Positions 31,581-42,870 of a stretch of 64,000 nucleotides of DNA are shown in pieces. The stretch lies in NCBI GenBank assembly GCA_963744145.1, contig CAVUSO010000001.1:320001-384000 (forward strand). Direction: 5' to 3'. Below the pieces are notes generated by a model. It was not told the DNA's origin and ran no database searches. It saw only the letters and a list, made by a program, of their open reading frames with translations. The position numbers and the translations under genes are program-made. The first letter of the stretch is position 1. Every line of letters begins with the position of its first letter. This DNA is from an uncultured cyanobacterium (GTDB lineage: Bacteria; Cyanobacteriota; Cyanobacteriia; Cyanobacteriales; CAWUOF01).

Positions 31581-32336
31581 ATGAACAAAATTGCATTAGT
31601 AACAGGAGCAAGTCGAGGATTGGGTAAAGCTATTGCTCTTCGTCTTGCCAAAGATGGAATTGATATTATTGTCCACTATAGTCAGAATCGAGATGCAGCC
31701 AATGAAGTTGTAACTGCGATTAAACAATTTGGGCGAATGGCTTTTAGTGTGCAAGCAGATGTCTCTAAAGTCTCCGGTATTCAATCTATGTTTGAGCAAA
31801 TTGATGCTGAATTAACGAAACTTACAGGAGATTCAAAGTTTGATATTCTAATCAATAACGCAGGTACAGCTTTGGCTAAACCGATGGAATATTGTAATGA
31901 AGAAGAATTTGATTATCAATTTGATCTTCATGTAAAAGGACTTTTTTTTACAACGCAACAAGCTATTCCACGATTAAAAGATTATGGTCGTATTGTCAAC
32001 ATTGGAACTGGATTAACTCGTTTTTCTTCTTATCCTGTTTATGCAGTTTTTGCCGCTTCTAAGGGAGCTGTAGATGTATTAACGCGCTATTTAGCTAATG
32101 AGCTAGGTTTGCGAGGTATTACGGTTAATACGCTTGCACCTGGTGCAATTGATACTGATTTAAATGCTGATTGGTTACGTTCTGATGAAGCTCAAAAGCA
32201 GATTATGGCAACTTTAGCAATCAAGCGAATTGGCATACCCGAAGATATTGCTGATGCAGTTTCATTTCTGGCTTCAGAGGATAGTCGTTGGATAACTGGT
32301 CAGAGGATAGAAGCATCTGGTGGTGCTCATTTGTAG
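31581..32336 (+). CDS. Short-chain dehydrogenase/reductase
   Basis: TGASRGLG, NNAG, PGAIDT; the usual catalytic YxxxK appears as FAASK. Confidence 0.9.
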   Translation: MNKIALVTGASRGLGKAIALRLAKDGIDIIVHYSQNRDAANEVVTAIKQFGRMAFSVQADVSKVSGIQSMFEQIDAELTKLTGDSKFDILINNAGTALAKPMEYCNEEEFDYQFDLHVKGLFFTTQQAIPRLKDYGRIVNIGTGLTRFSSYPVYAVFAASKGAVDVLTRYLANELGLRGITVNTLAPGAIDTDLNADWLRSDEAQKQIMATLAIKRIGIPEDIADAVSFLASEDSRWITGQRIEASGGAHL

Positions 32337-32417
32337 TGATTGAATTCTTGACCTAAGAGTCAGATATTGATGCGATCGCTGTAAGTTGGATGTGACCAAA
32401 TTGATCAATCATAGACT

Positions 32418-32540
32418 TAGATTTTGCGATCGCATCATTGGTTCAAGAAATTCCCTAACACCAGCATCATCAAAACTTTCAGTAGACTCTATCAAACAAG
32501 TAACAAAAGTTTTATACTCAGGGTTAAACTGTTCTAACCG
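32418..32540 (-). pseudogene. Third, degenerate copy of the hybrid kinase C-terminal tail
   Basis: Aligns with 29565-29682 and 23436-23550 (RLEQ.NP.YK..DDAG). Confidence 0.7.
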
Positions 32541-32613
32541 TTGGTAATGAAATTTTTAATTTAGGATTTTTTAAAGATTAACAAAACACCTAAAGTTTTT
32601 AGCTATGATCAGG

Positions 32614-33357
32614 TTAGTTGCCGAGATCCGCTTCGGTACATAATACAGGGTAGAAAACAGCAATAGCATGAGTCAGACGAGTTTCGTGGGAATCACCAAA
32701 AAAAACTGAAAACATAGCAGTGCAAATCAAGGCTGTTAAAAAAGTCGCTAAAATAATACCTAGCATGACATCCAAACCTAAAACGAACATATTACCACCG
32801 ATAAAATGATTCCCAGCTATTCCAAAAGCACCTCCACCAATACAACCAGTAAATAAACATAAGCATCCAGATAAGCACCCATACCACACTTCTATATTAT
32901 TACAACCCATTAATTGTCCTTGGGTCAAAGTATAATGGGTCAAAATATTACAAGGAAGGTGTCCTGAAACTCCCCCCAAGTCAAATTTAAGGTCTTTCTC
33001 ATGCAGCCATTGTCCTTCGTATCTCCAACCCACTTGATTACTAAACTTGATCAGATTATCCTGCTCTTGATCTGGCTCCGAATTTTCGACAACACTTTTC
33101 CAGATTCGTTTTTGCACACTAAAACCAAAGCGTCCTTGTGAATACTCTACCCATAACTGGTCGATCGTGCGAAGGTCAGTTAATGGGAAATTGAGCCAAT
33201 CTGTTTTCTGAAGAAATCCTTTTTTCTCACACTTAGCAGCTTGGAGCATAAGTAGACGAGTTTCTTGATCAGCTTTTTTCCATTCACCATTAGTTAACAA
33301 GTCTTCCAGGTGACGATAATCTATGCCCACTTCACTTGCTAGAATAATTTCACTCAT
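32614..33357 (-). CDS. Stand-alone GUN4-like domain protein with a C-terminal hydrophobic (transmembrane) extension
   Basis: IDQLW..YSQGRFGFSVQKRIW, GHLP, then Gly/Cys-rich hydrophobic segments. Confidence 0.85.
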   Translation of the reverse strand: MSEIILASEVGIDYRHLEDLLTNGEWKKADQETRLLMLQAAKCEKKGFLQKTDWLNFPLTDLRTIDQLWVEYSQGRFGFSVQKRIWKSVVENSEPDQEQDNLIKFSNQVGWRYEGQWLHEKDLKFDLGGVSGHLPCNILTHYTLTQGQLMGCNNIEVWYGCLSGCLCLFTGCIGGGAFGIAGNHFIGGNMFVLGLDVMLGIILATFLTALICTAMFSVFFGDSHETRLTHAIAVFYPVLCTEADLGN

Positions 33358-33429
33358 ACCGGTTGATTGTTCAGTTCCATCCTATTAATATAGAAGAGAT
33401 CCGATCGCCTTTAATCTTCCCTTATATGG

Positions 33430-35973
33430 CTATTCCCAATTGCCAACTAAAACAAAAGGTGACCAAATCGCTGGATGACCGTTAGGATCAGCAATTATTT
33501 TCATTTGTGCTTGTCGCAGTGCTTCGGCTTTGGTAATTCCTGGTTGTCGTAGTAACTGATAAAAGTTTTCAATTAATGGCACTGTATCCGCATCATTGAC
33601 AAACCAAAGACTGACCAGAGTAGTTTGGACGCCTGCTCGCAGAGCTACCCCAGCAATACCAAGGGTAGAGCGATCGTTTCCAGCAGCAGTTTGACAAGCA
33701 CTTAAAGTTAATAATTCTATCACTTGTTTGCTCTGACGTAGGACAGTTTCAAAGTCATTTAGGGATAATCGTTGGTCGAATATTTGCAGGAAAGTATTGT
33801 TAGGATCTGCACCAAATTTGCCGTGAGTTGCTAGGTGAACAATGGTATAATTGCCGCTATGGATTTGCTTTTGCAAATTGGCTAAGGTGAAGTCTTTATC
33901 CAAAAATATATCTCCCCCAAGAATCTTTTGAATACCCTTAGTTTCTGCTGAAACATTGGGTAATGCCGCAAAAGGAGGAATTTCGGCACTTAAACCAAAA
34001 ATGAGGGCTTTGCCATTGGCTAGAGTTGGTTTTTTACTAGCAGTTAGGTGTAAACCTAAAGTTGTAGCTATGGCATATTTTTCTACCAAAAAATGTTTAC
34101 CATCATGTAAAGCTGCCATTGGTACATTTCTTAATACTCCATCATTAATGAACAGCAAAATACTGGGTTTGGCTGTTTCTAAATCTGTTACCATTGGTCT
34201 AATTATCCAGTCATAAACCTTTTGACTTTCCTCAAGATATTCATCAGTAGCTATATTTTCTAAGGTAAACCGGAGTCGGTCAATTTGTTTTTCTATCTCC
34301 TGACGCGATCGCTCAACTGGATATTGTTTAAGGGAACCATCCGGTAAACGTAAGATCAGATAAGTGCGATCGCCTAAAATAATTGAGTTGATTACGGCAG
34401 TATTAGTTTTAGCTAGTTCACTAATAGGGTTGATGGTAGCGCGAGCTACTTCTACACACTCATCGCCAAAAAAGTTTTGGACTTCATTCAATTGCAACAA
34501 TTCTAAAACTTGAAGCGCGGCTGATATTTTTGATTGAGAATTACCAGATTGACTTTGATTAAGCAACAAAGCGATCTGTTCCCGATAAACTGGTTCTACT
34601 GAATCCCGCAAATCAAATTGTAAGTCTTTACTAGCAGCAACCAAATCACTCCGAATACTCTGAAGTGTCGCGATCGCTTCTTGATAAGATAAAACTGCTA
34701 ATTCAGTTTGTCCGTTAGCTTGATAAATACGTCCTATTTGGGCTTGCCAGCGATAAAGACTATCTCCGGCATTAGCTTGTTGAGCCGATAATACAGCTTG
34801 CTGAGTTAGCTGTAAAGCTATGGCCAAATTTCCGGTTTGTTCATAAACTTTTCCTAAAGCTCCTAATCCAAAAGATTCAGCCCGTTGATCACCTATTTTC
34901 TTAGCAATCGCGATCGCTTTTTCCAAGGTTTTCGCTTTTTGTTGCACCAGGGAGACGGGACCGTTAGATGTTGAGATTGAGTTTCCTGTTTCTGTAGCAC
35001 TAATTAAAGCATAAACTTTGGCACGAGAATCGGGTGCTGCTTCTATTAGTTCCATAGCTTGGGAGGTATAATGAAGAAGTTTATCCTGTGCTAGTGATGG
35101 TAATTGACTAGAAAAGTACACTAAATTTAATAATGCTTTGGCTTGCAATATTCCACCTAATGCTTGACTTTCTTGTACCGCACGTTCATAAGATGCAAGA
35201 GCTTCGGCTGCGTCTTTTTGTGCTAAACCCATCAAGCGACTTTCTTCTCGATCATCTCCCTCCCTTGCTACAGAATGAGCTTGTAGTAAATACCGCTCAT
35301 AGCGACTATGCAAAACATTTCCCAAATTATTTAAGTTGCTACTAATGAGACTAGAATTCTTTAATCCTGTTGCTAAATCCAAACTCTGATGATAAGCAGC
35401 GATCGCTTTTTCAAACTCTCCTGATGCGGAATAAGCATTACCTAATGCTCCTTGTGCTGCTGCTTCTGTTGTGTGATCTTGATCTTTACGAGCTAACTCT
35501 AGAGTAGATTGCAAAATTGGTACAGCAATCCGAAATTGTCCCAAAGCGTTATAAGTCTGTGCTTGTTCCGTCCACACTTGTGCTAGAAGGTGATGGGATT
35601 CTTGATCCGAGATAGATTGATAAATTTTTGCGGCTTTTTCCCATTGTCCGATCGCTTCTCCTAAATTCCCAATTTGACGATAAGCTGATCCCAAATTACT
35701 GTAAATGGTCGCTTTTTCTTTTTGGTTGGATGTTTGGGACAGCATTGATAACCAAATCTCGATCGCTTCTTGATACTGTCCAGCATGATAGCGATCGCTA
35801 CCTTCGTCTCCTAAACTAATCTGAGCAGGTATTTTGAGTTCCTGATGGGAATTTTTACTAATTAATTGAGCAGATTTGACCGGAAGTTGCTCGATCGCGA
35901 TCGCCATTTCTAAACAATTCAAAACTCCTATAGTTAATGATAATATAAAAACGCAAACTTGTTTTTCTTGCAT
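33430..35973 (-). CDS. TPR + CHAT domain protein
   Basis: Signal-like N-terminus, TPR helices, VHLATHG, LSACQTAAG, SLW.VND, HP..WSPFVLVGNW. Confidence 0.92.
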   Translation of the reverse strand: MQEKQVCVFILSLTIGVLNCLEMAIAIEQLPVKSAQLISKNSHQELKIPAQISLGDEGSDRYHAGQYQEAIEIWLSMLSQTSNQKEKATIYSNLGSAYRQIGNLGEAIGQWEKAAKIYQSISDQESHHLLAQVWTEQAQTYNALGQFRIAVPILQSTLELARKDQDHTTEAAAQGALGNAYSASGEFEKAIAAYHQSLDLATGLKNSSLISSNLNNLGNVLHSRYERYLLQAHSVAREGDDREESRLMGLAQKDAAEALASYERAVQESQALGGILQAKALLNLVYFSSQLPSLAQDKLLHYTSQAMELIEAAPDSRAKVYALISATETGNSISTSNGPVSLVQQKAKTLEKAIAIAKKIGDQRAESFGLGALGKVYEQTGNLAIALQLTQQAVLSAQQANAGDSLYRWQAQIGRIYQANGQTELAVLSYQEAIATLQSIRSDLVAASKDLQFDLRDSVEPVYREQIALLLNQSQSGNSQSKISAALQVLELLQLNEVQNFFGDECVEVARATINPISELAKTNTAVINSIILGDRTYLILRLPDGSLKQYPVERSRQEIEKQIDRLRFTLENIATDEYLEESQKVYDWIIRPMVTDLETAKPSILLFINDGVLRNVPMAALHDGKHFLVEKYAIATTLGLHLTASKKPTLANGKALIFGLSAEIPPFAALPNVSAETKGIQKILGGDIFLDKDFTLANLQKQIHSGNYTIVHLATHGKFGADPNNTFLQIFDQRLSLNDFETVLRQSKQVIELLTLSACQTAAGNDRSTLGIAGVALRAGVQTTLVSLWFVNDADTVPLIENFYQLLRQPGITKAEALRQAQMKIIADPNGHPAIWSPFVLVGNWE

Positions 35974-36006
35974 ATCAATTTTTCCTTTAAAATTAATATT
36001 TATTAC

Positions 36007-38199
36007 TTAGATTGGTATTTCAATTACAAACTCTGCACCTTCTCCAGGATGAGAAATACATCTTAACTTACCTTTGTGCATTTCTTCAATAATTTGACGA
36101 CTGATTGACAAACCTAATCCAGTCCCTTTACCTACACCTTTAGTTGTAAATAACTGTTCAAAAATTTTCTGTTGTACAGGTTCAGGTATTCCTGGACCAT
36201 TATCCTTGATATAGATTGCTACCATAGAACTATCCTCTAAAAGTTCTGTCCGAATTGTAATAATGTTAGGATTCTCTTTAATTTCAGCAAAAGAATGTCC
36301 CTGATTTGATTCATCAAACGCATCAATACCATTACTTAATAAATTCATAATCACTTGATTTAGTTGACCGAGATAACAATTTATTTCAGGTAACTGAGCA
36401 TATTCTTTAATTATCTGAATTTCTGGACGATCATTATTGGCTTTAAGTCGGTGTTTTAAAATCATCAAAGTGCTATCAATTCCATCATGAATATTACAAG
36501 CTACTTTAGCTCCTGTATCGCTGCGAGAAAAAGTTCGTAGAGAAATACTAATATCCTTAATTCGATTAATTCCCACCTGCATTGATGTGAGAATTTCTGG
36601 TAGGTCTTCTAATGTATATTCTAGGTCGATCTCTTCTGCATTGGCGTTAATTTCTTCACCAGGATTAGGAAATTTTTCCTGGTAGAGTCTCAAATGTTCA
36701 ATCAAATCTTGCATATACTCTTGTACATGACTGAGATTACCAGATACAAAACCAACGGGATTATTAATTTCGTGAGCTACTCCTGATACTAATTGACCAA
36801 GAGCTGACATCTTTTCACTTTGAATTAATTGCAGTTGAGATTGCTGGATCTGTGTCAAAGCTTCCTCTAGTTTTGTTATAGTTTGTTCAAGGATGACATT
36901 TAATTCTTTTAACCTGTTAACATAAACATAACCCCAAATGCCTATTGTTGATGCTAATAAAGCTAACAATGGTGGCACAATGGTAATCCACCAACCTGCG
37001 ATAAAACTGAAATAAGAGATTAACAATAAACAGATGCTAGCCAAGATAATTGTCCCAGCAATTCTGATTAAAAATATATGTTCTTTGGTCTGTCTCCATT
37101 TCCAACCTAGAGTGGGAATTAACCCAGTCCAAAGTAAAATATATAAATTTTCTAGCCCCTTATGCCAAACTTGAATTAGAGGACGTCCATTCAATACTGA
37201 ACTCAAAATTTGGCTGACTAGATTTGCTTGGAGTTCAACTCCCGCAGTTCGCACTGGGCTACTCCTAAAACCGGCGCTGTAAGGGGTATAAAAAATATCA
37301 TTCAGACTATTTGCTTCTGCCCCAATTAAAACAATGCGATCGCGAATTAACTCAGGTGCAACTCGATTTTCTAGGATATCTGTGATGGAAACAGTGGCAA
37401 AAGTGTGGGCAGGTCCACGAAAATTTAGAAAAATTTGATATCCTCCTGCATCTGCACCTAGATAACCACCATCATTTGCTTCAAAGGGAGTAAAAACCGT
37501 CTTACCCAATTGCAGAGAACCACGATCATCAGCTTTTGGGGTAATTCCTTTTCCCTTTAAATAAAGTATTGCTAAATATAATCCTAAACTAGGTAATTTT
37601 TCATTACCTTCTGGCATAGGAAAAAGAATTGCACGACGCACAACTCCATCAGGATCTACAACTATATCATTAGCACCGACTTGTTCTAGTTGAGCAAGAA
37701 CTGGAGCCGGAGCGATCGCCGAACTAAATTTATCCCCAATTGCCTTTTGAATTCCAATTAAGTTAGGTGTTGTCTTAAATACCTTAACTAATTCCTTATT
37801 ACCAGGTTCGATCGGCAAATTCCGATACAAATCTAGCCCAATTCCTTGGGGATGCTGTTGATTAATTTTAGTGATCAACTTGGCTAAAATAGCATCGGAA
37901 CAAGGCCATTTTTTCAGCCTAGCAATATCTGATTCTTCCACACTGACAATGAGGATACGATTGTCAATTGGTTCTTGGGGACGTAGACGAAAGCTTAAAT
38001 CCCATGCTGCTAATTCTAGAGGTTGGAGCCATCCCAAACACCTGATGGTAATAGTCAATCCTGCTACAATTGGTGTTACAATTACTGCTCCTCGCCATTC
38101 CCAAGCTTGTTGTTTTAATTGACTTACTAAAGGGCTAATAGCACCCAATCCCATTCCATCAGAAAAATATCGCAAAATTCTACTAGAAAAATGTTTCAT
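36007..38199 (-). CDS. CHASE2-domain sensor histidine kinase
   Basis: [15 protein letters not shown], three TMs, [17 protein letters not shown]. Confidence 0.92.
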   Translation of the reverse strand: MKHFSSRILRYFSDGMGLGAISPLVSQLKQQAWEWRGAVIVTPIVAGLTITIRCLGWLQPLELAAWDLSFRLRPQEPIDNRILIVSVEESDIARLKKWPCSDAILAKLITKINQQHPQGIGLDLYRNLPIEPGNKELVKVFKTTPNLIGIQKAIGDKFSSAIAPAPVLAQLEQVGANDIVVDPDGVVRRAILFPMPEGNEKLPSLGLYLAILYLKGKGITPKADDRGSLQLGKTVFTPFEANDGGYLGADAGGYQIFLNFRGPAHTFATVSITDILENRVAPELIRDRIVLIGAEANSLNDIFYTPYSAGFRSSPVRTAGVELQANLVSQILSSVLNGRPLIQVWHKGLENLYILLWTGLIPTLGWKWRQTKEHIFLIRIAGTIILASICLLLISYFSFIAGWWITIVPPLLALLASTIGIWGYVYVNRLKELNVILEQTITKLEEALTQIQQSQLQLIQSEKMSALGQLVSGVAHEINNPVGFVSGNLSHVQEYMQDLIEHLRLYQEKFPNPGEEINANAEEIDLEYTLEDLPEILTSMQVGINRIKDISISLRTFSRSDTGAKVACNIHDGIDSTLMILKHRLKANNDRPEIQIIKEYAQLPEINCYLGQLNQVIMNLLSNGIDAFDESNQGHSFAEIKENPNIITIRTELLEDSSMVAIYIKDNGPGIPEPVQQKIFEQLFTTKGVGKGTGLGLSISRQIIEEMHKGKLRCISHPGEGAEFVIEIPI

Positions 38200-38254
38200 G
38201 GTTTGGGTTATTCAAATATGGACGAAAAGCAGTAAGAACTGACTATTACCTCTA

Positions 38255-39055
38255 CTAATTTTTTACTAGAGCTTGTGGTTGGGAAATAGGTAGATGAGAT
38301 AAACCTACTTGATCTAGTAGAAAGCGGAGATATTGGGCACTTAATCCATCTCCAGGATTTGCTAAATAGGCTTTGGAAATATTGGCAATTGCATCATACC
38401 AAATGCCTGATCTGGCATAAACAGCAGCAGCTTGGCGCAGTTCTTGTGCAGAGGATTGATCTACGGAAGTAAATTTAAGTTGGTGATTGTTTTCAGGAGA
38501 ATTAGCAGCCCGTATAATTAAACTCCGCACATAGATATTTTCGGAGGGACGTTTAGCATTGCAAACTAAAGAAACAGTCCAGCGATATACTTTACCAACG
38601 GACAACCCCTGCACATTCTCGGGTAGTTCTAGCTGAACAATGCCACTTTTGCTGTTGTCGAATTGCTTAACTAGCAATGGTTTTGATACTCCAGGTTCTA
38701 CTAGAGCAAACTGCATCGCAGTTGATGGTGTTTTGGAGACATACCAAGAGAATGTAGGATGATCTGTAGCTGTCAAGCCAATGTGATCGTTGGGAATTAG
38801 TAATGAAAGTGAACCAAAGGAGTCCGATGGACAGCCTCGCGAACCTGCTCCTTCAGTACGTTGAATTTTATCTCGACCGGCTGGAGGAACATACTCGACA
38901 AAGTCATTAGCTAAAGCTTTGGTACTGAAAACATTTAGCTCTCCGAAAAAGTTTCCTGGGGTGGATTCGCTCCAGAAATTAAAGGCACCTGTGGATTGCA
39001 GTAGGGTAAGAAGAACTGCTCCAGTGAAGATTGTCGTAAATTTAGGGTTAGTCAT
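38255..39055 (-). CDS. DUF928 domain protein
   Basis: RTEGAGSRGC, HPTFSWY, YRWTVSLVC, GIWYDA. Confidence 0.88.
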   Translation of the reverse strand: MTNPKFTTIFTGAVLLTLLQSTGAFNFWSESTPGNFFGELNVFSTKALANDFVEYVPPAGRDKIQRTEGAGSRGCPSDSFGSLSLLIPNDHIGLTATDHPTFSWYVSKTPSTAMQFALVEPGVSKPLLVKQFDNSKSGIVQLELPENVQGLSVGKVYRWTVSLVCNAKRPSENIYVRSLIIRAANSPENNHQLKFTSVDQSSAQELRQAAAVYARSGIWYDAIANISKAYLANPGDGLSAQYLRFLLDQVGLSHLPISQPQALVKN

Positions 39056-39162
39056 TGATTGAAAGAAAAATTTGGTGAATAAAAACCATCTGATAAAACT
39101 TTCAGGTGTTGAGTCAATATTGACCTTAAGTCCTGAAAGATATTTGTGAAGCGCTCATTTCT

Positions 39163-39927
39163 CTATTGCTGAATTTCAGCAATTTTGACAGGGGTAATCC
39201 CAACTTGCTTGAGCAAAGCGTTGAGGGTATTTAAAGCTTCTGTTTCTCCTGGATTGGCAATATGAACCTGATAAAGGGCTGATACTGCATCTATCCAGAT
39301 CCCTGACTGTGCATAAATTAATGCCCGATCAGCATCAGATCTAGCTGTAGCTATTTTTTGATTTAAGTCAGGTGAAGGGTGAACCCGTTCGATCCATGCA
39401 CGCGCGTAGATATTTTCTGAAGGACGCTTGTCACTACAAATTAAAGCTACTGTCCAGCGATATTCTTTACCTACAGCTAATTCGGGAATATTCGCTGGTA
39501 CTTCTAGTTTAACAATTCCAGGTTTGTCAGCTTTGACTTGTTGCGTAAAAATCGGCTTAGGTTTTCCTGGTTCTACCAAAGTAAATACCATTGATGCTGT
39601 TGTACCGTTCGATAGGTGCCAAAGAAATGTTGGATAAGCTGAGACAGTTTGGGCAATATGATCATTAGGTGTTAGCAGGTTTAATGATACGGGAATTGAG
39701 TTGGTACAACCTCTAGCACCACTTCCTTCTGTTCTTTGGGGACGACCTCGATCAGTGGGAGGAACATATTGAGCTATCTCAACTGCGTTAGCTACAGTTT
39801 CATCACTCTTGATTGAAAAATCATTGCTTAATGAGATATTCACTGGGCCATTAAGTACCGTTAATACACTTATTACGCTTCCTAATGCTATTCTCATCAT
39901 GCTAGATACCCGATTAAATTTATTCAC
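39163..39927 (-). CDS. DUF928 domain protein (paralog)
   Basis: RTEGSGARGC, YPTFLWH, YRWTVALIC, GIWIDA. Confidence 0.88.
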   Translation of the reverse strand: MNKFNRVSSMMRIALGSVISVLTVLNGPVNISLSNDFSIKSDETVANAVEIAQYVPPTDRGRPQRTEGSGARGCTNSIPVSLNLLTPNDHIAQTVSAYPTFLWHLSNGTTASMVFTLVEPGKPKPIFTQQVKADKPGIVKLEVPANIPELAVGKEYRWTVALICSDKRPSENIYARAWIERVHPSPDLNQKIATARSDADRALIYAQSGIWIDAVSALYQVHIANPGETEALNTLNALLKQVGITPVKIAEIQQ

Positions 39928-40080
39928 GAAACCAATCCTCCCTTATTATCTTTATGTCTTAATTTCACATTGGCATTTTTTTTTAATAATGGCAAGCATT
40001 TCCCGAACATATTTACTAAAAATTTATAAAACGCCAAATACCGTTTACCGTTCGGTAGGTGCCAAAGAAACGGATGAAGA

Positions 40081-40113
40081 AAATATTTCACAAATATTTC
40101 ACAAATATTTCAC
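40081..40113. repeat. Three perfect 11-bp direct repeats AAATATTTCAC in a divergent intergenic region
   Basis: Direct reading of the sequence. Confidence 0.8.
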
Positions 40114-40310
40114 AATATATATTCAAATGATTGATGAATTTGTTTTCTTAATAAATCTTTAAAATTAATTGAGATAACAATAAATAACCCCCAATCTAAA
40201 AAATATGAGTTCGACGAGCTAGAATATTGGTAAAATTGAGTATTCTCATCAATCAAGTAGCATTAATCAAAGTCAAGTTATTTACTATCTTGAGATCAGG
40301 CAAAAAATTA

Positions 40311-42781
40311 ATGAAAATCTCGCAAATAGTAGCATTTTTAGGATTAGCTAACTTACTTTTCCATCCCTCCGTTTTAGGGCAAATAGTACCCGATCGCACG
40401 GTAGGAACTACAGTAACGCCAAATTTAACCATTAATGGTAGATCGAGCGATCGCATCGATAACGGTACGATGCGAGGCAGCAACTTGTTTCACAGCTTTC
40501 AAGAATTCAATATCGGGTCAGGACAGGGCGTATATTTTAGCAACCCAGCAGGAATCACCAACATTTTTAGCCGAATTACAGGTAGTAATTCCTCCCAGAT
40601 CAATGGCACCTTGGGAGTGTTAGGTAATGCCAATTTATATCTACTTAATCCCAACGGGATACTTTTTGGTCAGAATGCGCGACTCGATCTCAAAGGGTCA
40701 TTTTTGGCGACCACCGCTAATCAGATTAACTTCGCGGATGGGACTGTTTTTAGTGCGACTAATCCTCAGACATCTGCTTTGCTTACGATCAGTGTGCCAG
40801 TCGGGTTGCAGTTTGGCAGCAACCCGGTCCCATTACCGTCCTAGGGATAGGTTCCATTACCGTCCTAGCGCAAAATAGCGAGGGAGGTGCCATTTTTATT
40901 CCTAAAAAATTAGATCTGAATATTGGTTCAAATGGGTTACAGGTACAACCTCAAAAAACCTTAGCCTTAATCGGTGGGAATCTAGCCCTAAATGGAGGGT
41001 TACTCTCTGCACCATCAGGACAAATTGAGTTGGGAAGTGTGATGGGAGGAACCGTCGCTCTTAATCCCAACCCTCAAGGGTGGACATTAAGCTATGGCAA
41101 TGCTGACAGCTTTGGCAATATTCAGATGACCCAAGGAGCCTTAGCTGCTGTAGTTGACAGCACTACAGGGTTAAATGGAGGAGCGATCCAAATTCAGGGG
41201 CAACAAGTCAACATCCAGGATGGTTCCTTAGTAGCTGTGCAAAATCAAGGTAATCAAACGGCTGGTGATATCAAAGTCAATGCTACCGGGTCACTTCAAA
41301 TTATCGGCCCATCACCAAATTTAAACAGCAGTGGTACTGGCATAGTGAATGAAACCATATCCACGGGTGCAGCAGGTAAGATTACGATTAACACTCCACA
41401 TTTGACTCTTGATCAAGATGCCCAGGTCTTAACCCGAAGCCTTAGTTCAGGGCAAGATGGTGACATTATCCTAAATATTACGGATGAGTTGCAGGTAGGT
41501 GGTGTTGCACCGGGAGATCCGCAGCAGATAGTCAGTTCTATTCTTACCAGCAACTATGCAACTGGTAATGGGGGCAATCTATTTATTTCCGCTCCAAATA
41601 TACTGATATTCAATGGTGGTAATCTAGGAACTAGACCATTTGGTCAAGGAATTGGTGGTAATGTCACAGTCAATGCAGATACTATTCAAGTGACAAGTGC
41701 GGGAGCGCCTCAAGGCTTATTTTATAGTTTGATAGCCACTGTAACCCTAGGCCCAGGTAATGCCGGTAATGAAACAATCAACACACATACCCTCTCACTC
41801 CAAGATGGTGGATTTGTATCAGCCAATAGCGCAAGCAGCGGAAATTCAGGTAGCATTAAAATTAATGCATCTAAATCAGTTGAACTTAGTGGTACAAAAG
41901 ATGGACAAGCAGCCTTTTCAAGCGGTATTGGTGCCGGGGTTTACAATCCTTTTGGTCAAAATCCTATTGCTAATTCAGGCAACCTCACAATTAATACTCC
42001 AACCCTGAATATCGATAATGGTGCAATCATCAATGTTCAAAACCAAGGTAGTGGTAATGCTGGTATTTTGAGTATTAATGCTGGCATAATCCAACTGGAT
42101 CATGGGGGAAGTATCTCCGCATTTACAACATCTGGAAAAGGGGGAAATATTAACCTTCAGGTTCAAGATTTGCAAATACGTCATGGTAGTTTCATTAGTA
42201 CAGAAGCGGGGGGTAGTGGTAATGGCGGTAATATCAATATCAACGCTCCTGTGATTGTCGGATTAGAAAACAGTGATATTACTGCCAATGCATTCCAAGG
42301 TCAGGGCGGTAATATTGAAATTGTTACCAAAGGTATTTTTCGTTCCCCTGATAGCAACATCACTGCCTCTTCACAACTAGGTATTAGCGGTACTATTAAT
42401 ATCTCCAACCCTAACTTACAACAGCAAAACGTTTTAGTTCTTTCTACTCCGAGCTTTGCGAGCCAAGAGCAGGTGCTAGCTAACAATTGTTTGACTCATC
42501 GCAATAGCCAACAGGGTACCTTTGTAGTTACTGGTAACGGTGGTTTACCAGTAACACCTGATAGTAGATTAGTACCTTATGATGTGCTTCAAGTTAGGTC
42601 TGTAAATGAAAGAAGATCAATCGGGAATAGAGAACCACAACCCGCGATCGCTCATACCTGGCATTTTGGGGACTCAATTCAAGAAGCAACGGGATTTACT
42701 TTTACTCCCGATGGAAAAGTGATCCTTTTTGCTAATGCAAACCATGGCTCTAATCCTGATTCTTTGATCTGTTTTCAATAA
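40311..42781 (+). pseudogene. Filamentous haemagglutinin/TPS-domain protein copy 1, frameshifted
   Basis: MKISQIV start at 40311; one G missing at about 40826 and a 19-bp duplication (40826-40844, 40850-40868) break the frame; the remainder is open to 42781. Confidence 0.85.
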
Positions 42782-42870
42782 CTAGCATTTAGCTAAATTG
42801 TCTGAGATTTTTGGGAAAATTGAGTACAATGATTAATTAAACAGAAAAATATAGTTTTTGTTAAAAATTC

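Noticed and set aside
32614..32980. Sixth GUN4 gene as a member of the variable-tip set
   Set aside because: It is more divergent, has a long hydrophobic extension after GHLP, and lacks a recognisable anchor or non-coding tail
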